DNA of 32,000 nucleotides from Megasphaera elsdenii DSM 20460 (GCF_003010495.1 NZ_CP027570.1:60001-92000); one strand, 5' to 3'; numbered from the stretch's first letter, positions 1 through 8,107 are shown. Notes: generated by a model not told the origin, from the letters alone. Made by a program: numbers and translations.

Positions 1-197
1 TGCTGGAGCTTGGCGGCCTTTTCGGCGTCTGCGCTGGCAGCTTCGTCTTTGGCATCCGGTGCCTTTTGATCGGCACTTTCATCTGCCGCAGCTTCCTTGG
101 CTTCGTCTGCCTTTTCTTTGGCAGCGTCTTCGACGACTTTTTCTGCGTCGTCTTTCAACACTGTGTCTTTTTCTTCTTTATTTTCTTTATTACTCAT
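1..197 (-). CDS. grpE: GrpE nucleotide exchange factor, N-terminal part only (gene continues beyond the left edge)
   Basis: ATG at 195-197 (minus) follows a GGAGGGG RBS 9 nt upstream and lies 17 nt after the hrcA stop. The hand translation MSNKENKEEKDTVLKDDAEKVVEDAAKEKADEAKE... is the acidic/lysine-rich low-complexity N-terminus typical of GrpE. Its position after hrcA matches the hrcA-grpE-dnaK operon. Confidence 0.65.
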   Translation of the reverse strand, partial: MSNKENKEEKDTVLKDDAEKVVEDAAKEKADEAKEAAADESADQKAPDAKDEAASADAEKAAKLQ

Positions 198-213
198 GTC
201 TGTGTACCCCTCC

Positions 214-1248
214 CTACTTATCGTCGTGGTAATGCGCCAGCATATGTGTCACATGCTGTTTCATGAAATCCAAGAGACCGATAATCTTAGCATACTCCAT
301 ACGGGCTGGTCCCAAGACGGCCAGCTTGCCGAGGACTACATCATGGTCGGTAAAGGTCGCTTCAATGATACTGCAATCATTGATAGGCGATAACTTCGCT
401 TCTTCGCCGATGCGGACCGTAACGGCCTCGCCTTCTCCTTCGTCGTGAAGAAGATTGGCGACGACATCCTGTTCTTCCAGCATGGTAAAGAGGCTCTTGG
501 CCTTGTCGACATCTTTAAATTCCGGCTTGTTCAAAAGTTCCATGGTCCCGCCTTTATAGAACTGCTGTCCCTTGTGGAAGGCCCGTCCCATGGACCGGAA
601 TGCCAGGCGGTATAATTCGACGTCATCGACGATGGTCTCGTGAAAGGCTTCGATGGCCTTTTCATCGATATGGTCTATGGCCATGCCGGCCAGGTAATTG
701 GTCAGCCGCTGGGCGATGATGTTCAAATCGTCCAGGCTGGCACCGGCCGGTCTGGGGTAAAGGCAGTTCTCTACCTGCCCCGTATCGGTGACGACAATCA
801 TGATGGCCCGGCGGTCATCAAGCGGTAAGAAGCGGATGTACTTCAGCTTGGAATTGAGCCGCTGTGACGCCATGACCAGGGTGACGTTGTGGGTGATCCT
901 GGCCAGTAACTTGGCCGTCGACTGAAAGATCTGGTCGACGCTGCTCACTTTATCCTGGAACCAGGCCCGGACGAATTGCTTTTCTGCGTCCGTGATCTTC
1001 GTCGGCTTGAGCAGGCAGTCGACGTAAAAGCGGTATCCCTTCAGCGACGGGATGCGGCCAGACGACGTGTGAGGCTGTTCCAGGTAGCCCATCATTTCCA
1101 AATCGAACATTTCGTTGCGGATCGTCGCGGCACTGACGCCTAAGTCATACTTGCGGGCAATCGTTCTCGACCCGACAGGTTCGGCAGAGGAGATGTAATC
1201 CTGAATAATGGCCTGCAGTATTTTTTGTTTTCGTGCATCCAAATCCAT
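214..1248 (-). CDS. hrcA: Heat-inducible transcription repressor HrcA
   Basis: The translation MDLDARKQKILQAIIQDYISSAEPVGSRTIARKYDLGVSAATIRNEMFDLEMMGYLEQPHTSSGRIPS matches the HrcA winged-helix N-terminus. The preferred start is ATG 1248 (GAAGGTGA RBS 5 nt upstream). The ORF-track start at 1257 is a GTG inside that RBS. Confidence 0.93.
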   Translation of the reverse strand: MDLDARKQKILQAIIQDYISSAEPVGSRTIARKYDLGVSAATIRNEMFDLEMMGYLEQPHTSSGRIPSLKGYRFYVDCLLKPTKITDAEKQFVRAWFQDKVSSVDQIFQSTAKLLARITHNVTLVMASQRLNSKLKYIRFLPLDDRRAIMIVVTDTGQVENCLYPRPAGASLDDLNIIAQRLTNYLAGMAIDHIDEKAIEAFHETIVDDVELYRLAFRSMGRAFHKGQQFYKGGTMELLNKPEFKDVDKAKSLFTMLEEQDVVANLLHDEGEGEAVTVRIGEEAKLSPINDCSIIEATFTDHDVVLGKLAVLGPARMEYAKIIGLLDFMKQHVTHMLAHYHDDK

Positions 1249-1278
1249 CGTACTCACCTTCTGCTCATTTGACTATTC

Positions 1279-1305
1279 TTAGCAGTCTGACTATTTGACC
1301 TCTAA
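1279..1305 (-). promoter_or_regulatory. CIRCE-like operator (HrcA binding site) between the promoter and hrcA
   Basis: The minus strand reads TTAGAGGTC-N9-GACTGCTAA, against the CIRCE consensus TTAGCACTC-N9-GAGTGCTAA (left arm 6/9, right arm 8/9). It lies just downstream of the -10 box. Confidence 0.7.
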
Positions 1306-1315
1306 GACTATATAT

Positions 1316-1344
1316 AAGATAGCATGGAGAATATGTTTTGTCAA
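1316..1344 (-). promoter_or_regulatory. Sigma-A type promoter of hrcA-grpE
   Basis: The minus strand has TTGACA (1339-1344), a 17-nt spacer and TATCTT (1316-1321). Confidence 0.6.
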
Positions 1345-1376
1345 GAGAATATAAGTCAAAAAGTCAAATTAATTGC

Positions 1377-1409
1377 AAAAAAAGACGCTGTCCCATAAAG
1401 ACAGCGCCC
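1377..1409 (-). terminator. Rho-independent terminator after the hydrolase gene
   Basis: The minus strand reads GGCGCTGTC-TTTATG-GGACAGCGTC followed by TTTTTTT. Confidence 0.75.
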
Positions 1410-1447
1410 TTTTACGTCGATTCTTCGTCGTATGGAATTAAAAAGGA

Positions 1448-3061
1448 TTAGCCCATCGCTTTCAGCGCTTCGATGGCGTCGAGATTACCTGTGGCAGCGG
1501 CTTTTTGATACCAGGCTTTGGCCTTGGCCGTATCGGCAGCTACACCCAGGCCGTACAAGTAGGCAATGCCCGTATTGAGCAGGGCTCGTCCGGCCGGGTT
1601 CCCCTTAGGACCATGGCCCTTTTCGCCCTGCTGGGCTGCCCCCTGGGTCGGAGCCGTCTGTTTCAGGACATCTTTGGCTTTTGTCTGAGCAAAGAGCCAA
1701 TCCCGGATGCCTTCGATATTGTAGGCAAAGGACCACGTGTACATATGGCTGCCGCCTTGGAAGACCGTATAGTTAATCGGTGCCTGCTGGTCTTCCATGA
1801 CCCGCATCATCTGTTCAAAGACAGGCGTCCCGCCAGTACTGTCCCACATACGGCTGCGGGCGACGACAGCGCCATCCTTTTCCCACAAGGCCGTCGCTTC
1901 ATTCATGCCGGGGAAGGCTTTCGTATCGCCTTGGCAGACCGTAATCCAAAGATTCTTGTCCTTCAGTTTTTCCATTTCCTGCGTATCCCACTGGCAGACG
2001 ACGAGATACTGACCAGCAAAGAGGTCCGGATACGCGTCGCTAATGGCAATGTTGGCCATGCCGCCCTGGGACTGGCCGGTCCCGTAGATGCGGTCCTTGT
2101 CGACACGGTACTTATGGGATACATCGAGGATAAGGTCCGTCACCAGCGTCAGTCCTTTCGTCCACTGGTGCGTATCCGTCGTCATCATGCCGATCGAGCG
2201 GATAAGGTCTTCCGTATACTGCGGTGCCAAGACGATGGCCGGATGCTTAGCCTGTTCTTCCGGCGTCGCCCAGACGATAGCCCCGTTGCCCTGATAAAGG
2301 ACCGCCTTAGGGTCATTGATATTGGCACTGGCATCGGCAATAAAGACGACCATAGGATACGTTTTGGTCTTGTCAGCGTCGTAACCTTTCGGCAAGTACA
2401 GATTATAAGGCATTTTATAGCCCGTAGCCGGGTCCTTATATAGATAAGTCTGAAAAGCATCCTTGACGGCATCGACCGTCTTATCCGCTGTCAGCGCAAC
2501 CGTCGTCGGGCCGTATGCCGTGCCGTCTGTGGCATAGACCGTCCCGGTCTGGCTGACGGAGACGCTCAGATCCGGTGCCTTACGGTCCGAATACATAGGC
2601 GCATCGCCGCCGTTCAGGGCATTAGCCCCTTCTTTACTCTTATCGCCTTGGTCCGCTTTGGGCTTGTTCTGGGAAGCTGCCGTCGGCAACGACGTAGCCG
2701 GATGAACCAGGCTGACGATGACGTAATCCCCTGTTTTCCCGGTCTGCGCCGTTTCCGGTACATCGTTGGTGTAGACCTTGTCAATGGTCTTGCCGGCGAC
2801 GGTGAAGTCCGACGTCTTCAGGCGGCTGGCATCTATCGGCTTGGGATAATGGAGGGCCACAGCCGAGACGCTTTCGCCATCGCCATAGACCGTGCTCAAA
2901 GCTGTCACATCGCGAATAGAAGACTGCGCTGCCGGCACGGCTGTCGTCGCCGTCACAGCAGATTGACTCAAGCCTTCAACTGCCGGTGCCGCCCAGACAG
3001 GGGCCGTCAGGCTGAGGGCACAGCACAATACAGCCAGCGCGGTAATATGTTTACCTTTCAT
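1448..3061 (-). CDS. Secreted alpha/beta hydrolase (esterase/peptidase-like, COG4099-like fold) with a C-terminal Sel1-like repeat
   Basis: There is a signal peptide, MKGKHITALAVLCCALSLTAPVWAAPA. The block YNLYLPKGYDADKTKTYPMVVFIADAS...LAPQY and the nucleophile elbow GQSQGG indicate the hydrolase fold. The tail AKAWYQKAAATGNLDAIEALKAMG resembles a Sel1/TPR-like repeat. The start is an ATG with a GAGGTGA RBS. Confidence 0.7.
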   Translation of the reverse strand: MKGKHITALAVLCCALSLTAPVWAAPAVEGLSQSAVTATTAVPAAQSSIRDVTALSTVYGDGESVSAVALHYPKPIDASRLKTSDFTVAGKTIDKVYTNDVPETAQTGKTGDYVIVSLVHPATSLPTAASQNKPKADQGDKSKEGANALNGGDAPMYSDRKAPDLSVSVSQTGTVYATDGTAYGPTTVALTADKTVDAVKDAFQTYLYKDPATGYKMPYNLYLPKGYDADKTKTYPMVVFIADASANINDPKAVLYQGNGAIVWATPEEQAKHPAIVLAPQYTEDLIRSIGMMTTDTHQWTKGLTLVTDLILDVSHKYRVDKDRIYGTGQSQGGMANIAISDAYPDLFAGQYLVVCQWDTQEMEKLKDKNLWITVCQGDTKAFPGMNEATALWEKDGAVVARSRMWDSTGGTPVFEQMMRVMEDQQAPINYTVFQGGSHMYTWSFAYNIEGIRDWLFAQTKAKDVLKQTAPTQGAAQQGEKGHGPKGNPAGRALLNTGIAYLYGLGVAADTAKAKAWYQKAAATGNLDAIEALKAMG

Positions 3062-3096
3062 GAAGAGGTCACCTCGAATTGAATTTTTTGCAATTC

Positions 3097-3105
3097 ATTA
3101 TACCA
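3097..3105 (-). promoter_or_regulatory. Extended -10 promoter element (TGGTATAAT) for the hydrolase gene
   Basis: The minus strand reads TGGTATAAT about 40 nt upstream of the start. It is followed by the inverted repeat GAATTG-N9-CAATTC. Confidence 0.4.
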
Positions 3106-3186
3106 CGCCTGGTTAGCCTTCTTGTGGCCGTTGTGACACAATTTGATGGAGACTCGTGGCTCGTGGTTCTCCTAGTCACGGACAAC

Positions 3187-3217
3187 GGAAAAGGACCTGC
3201 CGCACAGCGACAGGTCC
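3187..3217 (-). terminator. Rho-independent terminator after crt
   Basis: The minus strand reads GGACCTGTCGCTGTGCGGCAGGTCC followed by TTTTCC. Confidence 0.7.
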
Positions 3218-3245
3218 TTTCTCTATTAGGAGTCAAACAATGGAA

Positions 3246-4028
3246 TTATTTACCTTCAAACGTTGCTTTGCGTTTTTCGCAGAAAGCAGCCATGCCTTCC
3301 TTCTGGTCAGCCGTGGAGAAGCAGAGGCCGAAGACTTCAGCTTCATAAGCGATACCGGTTACGACGTCGCAGTTGATGCCGCGGTTGATGGCAGCTTTGG
3401 AGAGCTGTACTGCAATAGGAGCGTTCTTAGCGATCTTCTTAGCCAATTTAACAGCAGCCGGCATCAGTTCTTCCTGCGGGAAGACTTCATTGACCAAGCC
3501 GATAGCTTTTGCTTTTTCAGCGTCGATCATGCCGCCCGTGTAGATGAGTTCTTTCGCGTGGCCGCGGCCTACGACACGGGTCAGGCGCTGCGTGCCGCCA
3601 AAGCCCGGAGTGATGCCCAAGCCGACTTCCGGCTGGCCGAATTTAGCGTTTTCAGCTGCATAGCGGATATCGCAAGCGCAGGAGAGTTCGCAGCCGCCGC
3701 CGAGAGCGAAGCCGTTGATAGCTGCGATGACAGGCTGCGGCAGGTTTTCGATTTCCGTGAAGACGTTCTGACCGAACTGGCCCCATTCGCGGCCTTCAGC
3801 AGCGTTCTTGGAAGCCATTTCTTTGATGTCAGCGCCAGCGACGAAGGATTTAGCGCCTGCACCGGTGATGATGACGACTTTGATAGCTTTATCAGCTGCA
3901 ATCTTTTCAACGACGTCTTTCAATTCGCTGACCGTAGCCTGGTTCAAAGCGTTCAGAGCCTTCGGGCGATTGATCGTAATCGTTGCAATACCGTCTTCTA
4001 CAGCAAAAATAATGTTCTGGTAATCCAT
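3246..4028 (-). CDS. crt: Short-chain enoyl-CoA hydratase / 3-hydroxybutyryl-CoA dehydratase (crotonase)
   Basis: MDYQNIIFAVEDGIATITINRPKALNALN...GADIKEM...AAINGFALGGGCEL is a canonical crotonase-family pattern. The start has an AGGAGG RBS, and the gene is adjacent to hbd. Confidence 0.92.
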   Translation of the reverse strand: MDYQNIIFAVEDGIATITINRPKALNALNQATVSELKDVVEKIAADKAIKVVIITGAGAKSFVAGADIKEMASKNAAEGREWGQFGQNVFTEIENLPQPVIAAINGFALGGGCELSCACDIRYAAENAKFGQPEVGLGITPGFGGTQRLTRVVGRGHAKELIYTGGMIDAEKAKAIGLVNEVFPQEELMPAAVKLAKKIAKNAPIAVQLSKAAINRGINCDVVTGIAYEAEVFGLCFSTADQKEGMAAFCEKRKATFEGK

Positions 4029-4163
4029 GAGAAAAACCTCCTAAAACATATAATAGTATAGTAATAATATGTATAACAGGACGCCCCTCCCCTATGGGGA
4101 CCCAGCTTCCAGACCGCCCCTGTCGGCTGGGACAGACGTACTGCCGATACGCGTATGAGATTC

Positions 4164-4200
4164 TAAAAATAATACGGGGTGTGAAAGTCACGCCCCGTAT
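4164..4200 (-). terminator. Rho-independent terminator between hbd and crt
   Basis: The minus strand reads ATACGGGGCGTGA-CTT-TCACACCCCGTAT followed by TATTTTT. Confidence 0.7.
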
Positions 4201-4220
4201 TCGATTAGCAGATTGCTAAC

Positions 4221-5075
4221 TTATTTCGTGTAATCGTAGAAGCCTTTGCCAGTCTTACGGCCGAGGTAACCTGCCTGGACATATTTCTTGAGCAATGCGC
4301 AAGGACGATATTTCGGATCGCCGAAGCCATCATAGAGGACTTCCATGACATGGAGAACGACGTCGTTACCGATAAGGTCGCAGAGAGCCAGAGGTCCCAT
4401 CGGATGGTTGAAGCCGAGTTTGCAGACGTTATCGATATCTTCTTTGGAAGCAACACCTTCCATCAAAGCCTGGATAGCTTCGTTCAGCATCGGGATGACG
4501 ATACGGTTGCCAGCGAAGCCCGGGAAGTCGTTGACTTTAACCGGCGTTTTGCCGAGGTCTTTCGAGAGTTTGTCGATCTTGTCGTACGTTTCTTCGGAAG
4601 TAGCGATGCCGTTGATGACTTCGATCAATTTCATGACAGGAGCCGGGTTGAAGAAGTGCATGCCGATGACTTTGTCCGGGCGTTTCGTAGCTGCGCCGAT
4701 CTGAGTGATAGCCAGGGACGAAGTGTTGGATGCGAGGATCGTGTGTTCCGGGCAGAATTCGTCGAGTTCTTTGAAGATAGCCGATTTGATCTTCAAGTCT
4801 TCGATAGCTGCTTCGACGACGAGGTCGATGTCTTTCATGTTATCAGGGGTACGGGTTACGAAGCCAGAGATGCGAGCCATCGTTGCGTCTTTGTCTTCCT
4901 GGGTCATTTTGCCTTTGGAGACCTGTTTGGTCAACTGTTTTTCGATTTTAGCTTTGCCGCCAGCGATGAATTCGTCTTTAATATCGTTCAAGACGACGTC
5001 CCAGCCGTGCGTAGCGAAAACCTGGGCAATGCCCGAACCCATTGTACCTGCACCAATAACCATTACTTTACTCAT
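4221..5075 (-). CDS. hbd: 3-hydroxybutyryl-CoA dehydrogenase (NAD-dependent)
   Basis: [32 protein letters not shown] contains the Rossmann GxGxxG motif. Full-length similarity is to the 3-hydroxyacyl-CoA dehydrogenase family. The RBS is GAAGGAGG. Confidence 0.93.
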   Translation of the reverse strand: MSKVMVIGAGTMGSGIAQVFATHGWDVVLNDIKDEFIAGGKAKIEKQLTKQVSKGKMTQEDKDATMARISGFVTRTPDNMKDIDLVVEAAIEDLKIKSAIFKELDEFCPEHTILASNTSSLAITQIGAATKRPDKVIGMHFFNPAPVMKLIEVINGIATSEETYDKIDKLSKDLGKTPVKVNDFPGFAGNRIVIPMLNEAIQALMEGVASKEDIDNVCKLGFNHPMGPLALCDLIGNDVVLHVMEVLYDGFGDPKYRPCALLKKYVQAGYLGRKTGKGFYDYTK

Positions 5076-5084
5076 GTTTAACTC

Positions 5085-5177
5085 CTCCTTCGTCGCGTGA
5101 TTTTTTTCACTAGATTTCTCTAAAAAAAATCACGCACGTTCTAAATAAGATTCACTGCTTACACTGATAGTATACCA
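5085..5177 (-). promoter_or_regulatory. hbd promoter (extended -10, TGGTATACT at 5169-5177) and a 5' leader hairpin with A/T-run arms (5085-5125)
   Basis: The minus strand reads GTGTGGTATACT. The leader then contains GCGTGATTTTTTT-loop-AAAAAAATCACGC, ending 9 nt before the AGGAGG RBS. Confidence 0.45.
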
Positions 5178-5396
5178 CACTTCCCAAAAAAATCCACTAA
5201 AAAACGGCACTTTTTTCAATTTTTCACATTTATGGCATGCATTTTATGCAATAATCAAGAAGTCAAATTACTTCTCCGCATTATTCAATACAATTGCCTC
5301 ATAGGTGTATGTGACGTTATGAACTTACATCATAGGAGATACTTCTATTTTTCACAAAGTGCATGGATAGCGATTCCCTCCGGGAATCACAGGTCA

Positions 5397-5986
5397 CCGC
5401 GACATCAAAGATGTCGCTCCGCAGGGGCCGTCCCAAAGGGCGGTTTGCAGAGAAAACCTTCAAATTTAAAGCCATCCGCTAACAACTAACTGCTAGCCAC
5501 TAACAACTTTAAAGGGCTTGTCGTCGTGCGACAAGCCCTTTTTGAGTTTAAAGTTTGAAGTTAAGAGCAACCTCTCAGTCAGCTTCACTGACAGCTCTCC
5601 TATGAGGAGAGCCGGGCGCCGCCCTTCGGATTGCGTTGTTCACGGGATTCAGGCGGGCCGCCTTATCAGGACGGCCCCTACGAAAAGCCCCCAATCGGGA
5701 CCATTTTTACGAGTCGAGGGTCATCCAAGGCGATCTTGTCCCTTTGAGGCTCTGCCGTGCAACGGCCCCTACGACCTACGACCTACGAGCCACGAACCAC
5801 GAGCCACGAACCACGAGCCACGAACCTGCCGTGCAACGGCATCCGTAGGGGCCGTCCCAGAGGGCGGCCCGCTACGCGCTGAGGGTATCCCGAAGCGTCG
5901 TTTTCATTTTGAGTCTGTCGCGGCGGGCCGCCGCATCTGAGTCCGAAGCGGCCAGCGGCCTGCGAACTGCAGCCTGCGAAAATGGA
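5397..5986. repeat. Composite intergenic repeat block: GC-rich hairpin units, the 71-nt module (5468-5538), a heptamer array (5768-5823) and short perfect hairpins
   Basis: Hairpin units lie at 5421-5446, 5645-5683 and 5844-5872. Two copies of CTGCCGTGCAACGGC (5752-5766 and 5826-5840) flank eight tandem heptamers. Additional hairpins are GCGACAT-CAAAG-ATGTCGC (5397-5417) and CTCTCCT-ATG-AGGAGAG (~5596-5612). Confidence 0.8.
5514..5543 (+). terminator. Terminator-like hairpin (part of the 71-nt module), with no plus-strand gene upstream
   Basis: The sequence is GGGCTTGTCG-TCGTG-CGACAAGCCC followed by TTTTT. Confidence 0.5.
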
Positions 5987-7504
5987 TTACAACGCGCCGT
6001 TCAGGGCTTTGAGCAGGCCTTCGCGTTTTTCGTAGGCCTTGCGGTAGGTGGCGGTATTGTTTTCGTCCGGGACGTAGGTGGCCTTGACTTCCAGCTGGCG
6101 CTGGAGGGCCTGTTTGAGATCCGGAATGTCGCCTGCGGCATAAGCGGCGACGATGCAGTTGGTCGGGACGGCACCGCCGGCGACTTTCAGGGTCACGACT
6201 TTCGTATCCAGCATGTCGGCCTTGATCTGGTTCCACAGTTCGTCGCGGCTGCCGCCTTCGGTGATGGTCAGCTGGGTCAGGTCGATGCCAGCCTTACGGT
6301 AGCGGTCGGTGATTTCCATGTAGTCGTAGCCGATGCCTTCGAGGACGCAGCGCCACATAGCACCCTGGTCGGAATCGAGGGTCAGGCCCGTGAAGGTCCC
6401 GCGGACGTTGGGATAGTCCCCATTGCCGCCGGTCAGGTAGGGAATGAACATGGCCCCGTCGCAGCCGGGCTGATGGCGCTTGGCCAGTTCGTCCAGGGTC
6501 CCGTAGTAATCATCGCCTTCTTCGCGGGCGATGCTGTCCTTGAACCAGCGCAGGGCCAGGCCGCCCGTGCGGACCATGCCCCAGTAGAAATACGTCCCCG
6601 GCAGGGTGCCGGAGTTGAAAATGAGGTTGCTCCCCGGCACGGACAGTTCCGGGATGATGCCGTCGGTGGCGGCGCAGAACATGGCACACGTTCCGGCGAC
6701 GTCGACAGCGCGGCCCGCTTCCAGGATGCCGCTGCCCATCATGGATTCCATCGTATCACCGGCGCCGGCGCAGATGGGGATGCCTGCGGGGAAGCCCGTT
6801 TCCATGGCATCTTCTTCACAGAGCGTGCCGATGATGTCCCAGGGCTTGACAATGCGGGGCATATACGTTTCCGGGATGCCCAGGATTTCCAACTGCTCCG
6901 GCGACCATTTCTTCTGGACTACGTCGTAGCCCAGGCCCCAGCCGGACATGGCGCCCCAGTCGATGAAGGCGTCTTCCCCTTTGAGGCCGGCCAGGTGCAT
7001 GAGGACATACGGGCAGTTGTGGACGAACTTGACGCCCTTTTCCTGCCAGGCCGGGATGTTCTTCATGAACCAGCGGGCGAACATGGCCGGGAACATGATG
7101 TTCGGTTCGGCATTGCCTGTTTCTTTCCCCCAGATAGCGAGTTTCTTCGCCTTCAGGGCTTCCACGTCGTCGGCCGTGCGGCTGTCGAGGTAATTGACAT
7201 ACGGTGTGATAGCATGGCCGTCGGCGTCGATGCCGGCGATGCCGCAGATGATCCCGTCGCCCATAATGGCCCGGACCTTCTTTACGTCCCAGCCCTTTTC
7301 CTCCATCTGGCGGCTGCACGAAGCCATGCACTGCTTGATGAGGCGGTAATATTCATCGACGTCCATCTGGACCCAGCCCGGATGGGGATAGGCCAGATGC
7401 GTCTTGGCCGTGTCCATGGCCAGGCAGTGCTGGTCCTCGTCATAGACGGCGACTTTGACGCTCTGCGTGCCGGCGTCGAAACCGAGATAATACTTGTCAC
7501 TCAT
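5987..7504 (-). CDS. FGGY-family carbohydrate kinase (xylulokinase/glycerol-kinase-like; substrate not assignable)
   Basis: MSDKYYLGFDAGTQSVKVAVYDEDQ is the FGGY N-terminal phosphate-binding motif, and the length is about 505 aa. The preferred start is ATG 7504, with AAAGGA 10 nt upstream. The ORF-track start at 7528 is a GTG abutting the upstream gene's stop. Confidence 0.85.
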   Translation of the reverse strand: MSDKYYLGFDAGTQSVKVAVYDEDQHCLAMDTAKTHLAYPHPGWVQMDVDEYYRLIKQCMASCSRQMEEKGWDVKKVRAIMGDGIICGIAGIDADGHAITPYVNYLDSRTADDVEALKAKKLAIWGKETGNAEPNIMFPAMFARWFMKNIPAWQEKGVKFVHNCPYVLMHLAGLKGEDAFIDWGAMSGWGLGYDVVQKKWSPEQLEILGIPETYMPRIVKPWDIIGTLCEEDAMETGFPAGIPICAGAGDTMESMMGSGILEAGRAVDVAGTCAMFCAATDGIIPELSVPGSNLIFNSGTLPGTYFYWGMVRTGGLALRWFKDSIAREEGDDYYGTLDELAKRHQPGCDGAMFIPYLTGGNGDYPNVRGTFTGLTLDSDQGAMWRCVLEGIGYDYMEITDRYRKAGIDLTQLTITEGGSRDELWNQIKADMLDTKVVTLKVAGGAVPTNCIVAAYAAGDIPDLKQALQRQLEVKATYVPDENNTATYRKAYEKREGLLKALNGAL

Positions 7505-7524
7505 GGGTAACACATCCTTTCCGT

Positions 7525-8091
7525 TCACCCGCGGCAGTCCTTTACCATCCCGCCAAGGCGGCTCACGAGGCCCGTCGTCGATTCATTCGGCTTGGGAAAA
7601 CGGCGCAGGGCGGTCATGGCTTCGACATAACAGAAGAACTCTTCCATGGCCGTCTCGATCCGCCCCAGGGTCTGGCCGTCGATGTGCTCGATGAGGGCCA
7701 GGTCGTGCTGTTCATAGCGGTTGATGTAGCCGTAGAGCGAACAAAACGTACCGGGCCGCTTGGTGTAGGAACAGAAAAAGCAGTATTCCACCATGGCGTC
7801 GCATTTCTTGAGCGTATCCTGCCGTTCGACGCCGGCAAATTCCTGCCGTTCCTGGATGATCGTCTTGATCCAGTTGTTCAAGACGCCTTCGAAGAAAGCG
7901 AACAAGGAAAGGAGCGCCGCCCGGTAATAGCGCCGGGCCAGGAACGTCCCTTTCTTGGTTCCCTTCTCCTGCTGCATAGCAGCCCGTTTCTTAAATGTAC
8001 AATAATCCTTCCACAACTCTTCATAAATGGAAGCATGCAATATATCCATATCACCATTATGGAAAATAGTGACATCAATCTTAGCCTTCAT
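7525..8091 (-). CDS. Hypothetical protein, 188 aa, no family recognised
   Basis: This is a clean ORF with an AGGAGGG RBS overlapping the yerC stop. It is co-directional and tightly packed between the yerC-like gene and the kinase. It is Cys/Phe/Tyr-rich and has no signal peptide. Confidence 0.55.
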   Translation of the reverse strand: MKAKIDVTIFHNGDMDILHASIYEELWKDYCTFKKRAAMQQEKGTKKGTFLARRYYRAALLSLFAFFEGVLNNWIKTIIQERQEFAGVERQDTLKKCDAMVEYCFFCSYTKRPGTFCSLYGYINRYEQHDLALIEHIDGQTLGRIETAMEEFFCYVEAMTALRRFPKPNESTTGLVSRLGGMVKDCRG

Positions 8092-8107
8092 AAAAGCGGC
8101 TACCCTC

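Noticed and set aside
5130-5370. Rex (redox repressor) operator upstream of hbd
   Set aside because: The TGTGAA/TTCACA-like half-sites present do not form a TTGTGAA-N4-6-TTCACAA dyad; the second half-sites match poorly.
5768-5823. Possible CRISPR array
   Set aside because: The units are 7 nt, contiguous and have no spacers. No cas genes are present and no repeats of 24-40 nt were found. This is not CRISPR.
5232-5940. ORFs of 70-140 aa inside the hbd-kinase intergenic region
   Set aside because: They read through the hairpin units and heptamer arrays. Peptide strings such as RRGRP or HEPRATNHEPR simply reflect the DNA repeats and recur wherever the repeats occur. They have no RBS.
5909-7510. 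533-aa plus-strand ORF
   Set aside because: It lies fully antisense to the well-supported FGGY kinase. The translation is low-complexity (Ala/Gly/Asp/Val/Arg-rich) with no RBS and no recognisable domain. This is a typical shadow ORF of a GC-rich gene.
7525-8091. HEPN-type RNase assignment for the 188-aa protein
   Set aside because: The only candidate motif is NRYEQH, which has R-x3-H spacing rather than the canonical R-x4-6-H. There is no other support.
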